Below the pieces are notes generated by a model. The model searched no databases and was not told the DNA's origin. It worked only from the letters and a program-made list of their open reading frames with translations. From NCBI RefSeq assembly GCF_009914755.1, contig NC_060928.1: DNA of 64,000 nt. One strand, given 5' to 3'. Positions 61,459 to 64,000 of the stretch are shown piece after piece (position 1 is the stretch's first letter; each line of letters starts with the position of its first letter). The position numbers and the translations under genes were made by a program. The DNA comes from the human T2T-CHM13v2.0 reference genome, Homo sapiens.

Positions 61459-61773
61459 AACTACCACCCTGATTAGTCAGTAACCATCAACATCGAGGCA
61501 AGATCCTCCACCAGCAAAAAGATTATGACTAGCTGAAGGCTCAGATGATCATGAGCATTGTTTAGCAATGAAGTATTTTCTGATTAAGGTATGTACATTT
61601 GTTTTTTTTTTTTTAGATACAATGCTATTGTACACTTAATAGACTACAGTATAGTGTAAACATAACTTCTATATGCACTGGGAAACCAAAAAAATAATGA
61701 CTTGCTTTATTGCAATATTTGCTTTATTGTGGTGGTCTAGAATCAAACCCTTAACATCCCCAAGGTACACCTG
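61459..61773 (+). mobile_element. Tigger1 3' terminal fragment
   Basis: 'ccaccctgattagtcag...catcaacatcgaggcaagatcctccaccagcaaaaagatt...gcactgggaaaccaaaaaa...aggtacacctg' followed by TA. Confidence 0.85.
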
Positions 61774-61969
61774 TATATGTATACATATCTATTTCACATT
61801 TATTTACTCACTTATTCATTTATTTATATTTTCATTTTATAAATGCTAGTGAGCCTTTCATTTATATTAAAGAAGTAATACAAACATTATAAATAAATCA
61901 AACACATGGACTGATAAATCCTAGCATTATGATGCAAACGTGTTCCAGAGAGCAAGTTCTCTATTCTTA

Positions 61970-62110
<141 letters not shown>

Positions 62111-63825
62111 CTAAGAAAAATAGAAGACAGAGAGCAAAATACTAATCTTTGGAAACTTAGAATTCTGACAATACAAGAAACAAGCACTGTGCAGAACCCA
62201 TCCTCTTCTCCCCAGCTACAGCTCAGGGTGAAATGTCCTCTACCTCTCTCTCTCTTCCTGTCCTTCTTCCTACTCGTTTTCCTATCCTTCATCTCTCTCC
62301 AATTTTCTTTCCAGCTTCCTTCTGATGAGATCATTTAGTATCTATCTTCATCTAACCCTTTACCTTCCTCTTGCCTCTATTATCTCTAGATTTCGCAGTT
62401 TCTCATTTCTCCTATTCTACATTTTATCCTTCTCTCCTTACTTACTTTATCTATCCAAATGTTTTTTTCATGACCAGTTATTATGACTCTACCCCTGTTT
62501 CATTTATTGAGAATTACTTTCTTTGGGAAAATTCCTATTACTGCCTCTATTAAACTGTGATTTAGAAGTTTGGATGGAAAACAACTCCTAGTTTTCATGC
62601 TTATGTTATTTTTTTATATTTAAGAACATGATTTTGAGAAAAGATGGCTTTTACTTTAAAAGTAGCCACTTGCTATATGATATTTTGGATACTATTTCAT
62701 TATGGGCTATCTAGGTTTCTAATGATAAACTACAAGCCTCCTGTAGTTGATCTTAGTGGGTACAAATATGAGTAATGATAAGCAGTAAAATAAACTCAAC
62801 TTTAGCGGGTCATTCTTCAGTTCACAGTTCTAAGCTTTATAATTTTACCTGAAGCCTTCATATGAAATCAATTTTCCAGCTATAAATGTTTAGTGAAGTC
62901 ACATTTCAATTTTAAAAGGTGCATTTAGAAGGCATATTAGAAATATCATCACTGGAAATAACATATCACGATCAATTTTAAACACTTTAGTTTATCCTGA
63001 TTTAACTGCAATTAAAGGATCTTTGGTGAATCAGCAGATATTATAAAGGCTCTTGAATAAAAGCATGCAATAGCTTTGAAAATCTATTAAGAATTGATAT
63101 TCTTCATATTGATATTTTTAAAAATCCAATGAAGACAAGTGAACATATTTTGCTTACAACTAATCAAATTGTCTATTTTTTTTTTCTGGGACATACAAGA
63201 TGTAAGTAATGGTTTTGTTGCACACTACTTTTTATTAGTATCTATAGAGAATGAGGCAATATTTTATGTTTTCAATACCCAATGAAAAACTTCAATAAAA
63301 CAAGACTACATTTCAACCATTATGTTAGCCACAAAATATTCATTGCAAACTTAAACTTGTTTAAGAGATTTAAATAATTTATGCTCTTGGAACAATACAT
63401 TCAAGAAAAATAATACTTGTCCCTAAAAATACAGAACTTCTTTCTGAAAAACAATAACTTATTAAGGGTAGGACAGTAGAGGAGGGGAAAGTTTCTGATT
63501 AATATGAATCCCCAACTAAAGGTCTGCAAAGCTACCAGAATATAACATTTATTCTGGAAAAAGTATACAGTGCATTCTAAAAGTTAATATAATTGACAGT
63601 AAAAATAAACAAATACAAAAAAACTTGATATATGGCAAGATAAAAACTTAAAAATCATTTTCTGGCCATGTGCAGAGCTTAATGATATGTATGAAAATTG
63701 AATATAATATCTAAAATATCCTGGGAAGTAAGTCCTAGGGATATTAGGTGATATTTTAAAAAATCTACTTAATTTACGATGTGAAGTTTATTTACTTAAA
63801 AAAAATCCATCAGATTACAGAATGA

Positions 63826-64000
<175 letters not shown>

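Overview
Human (or very closely related great-ape) genomic DNA lying entirely inside the PPP3CA gene (calcineurin A alpha, the catalytic subunit of the Ca2+/calmodulin-dependent phosphatase PP2B), which is transcribed on the minus strand. Seven coding exons (canonical exons 6-12, residues ~215-447) can be read directly with GT-AG boundaries and continuous reading phase: 61971-62110, 51381-51458, 48727-48821, 31441-31566, 29296-29370, 8704-8788 and 1521-1618. They encode the C-terminal half of the phosphatase domain, the calcineurin-B-binding helix and the calmodulin-binding helix. The rest is AT-rich intron containing about 16 Alu-family elements, L1, L2 and MIR fragments, MaLR LTRs, DNA transposons and short tandem repeats. 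Repeat subfamily names are by-eye calls, not RepeatMasker output. I see no convincing novel multi-gene system. The best leads are: (i) a read-through of exon 12 into intron 12 that would mirror the CnAbeta1 isoform of the paralogue PPP3CB; (ii) locally templated, non-TE duplications, including a ~257-bp dispersed duplicate and a 33-bp patch copied into an L1 from 2.9 kb away; (iii) an orphan poly(A)-tail remnant that may mark a structural variant; (iv) a sense-oriented THE1 solo LTR; (v) inverted Alu pairs around exons.
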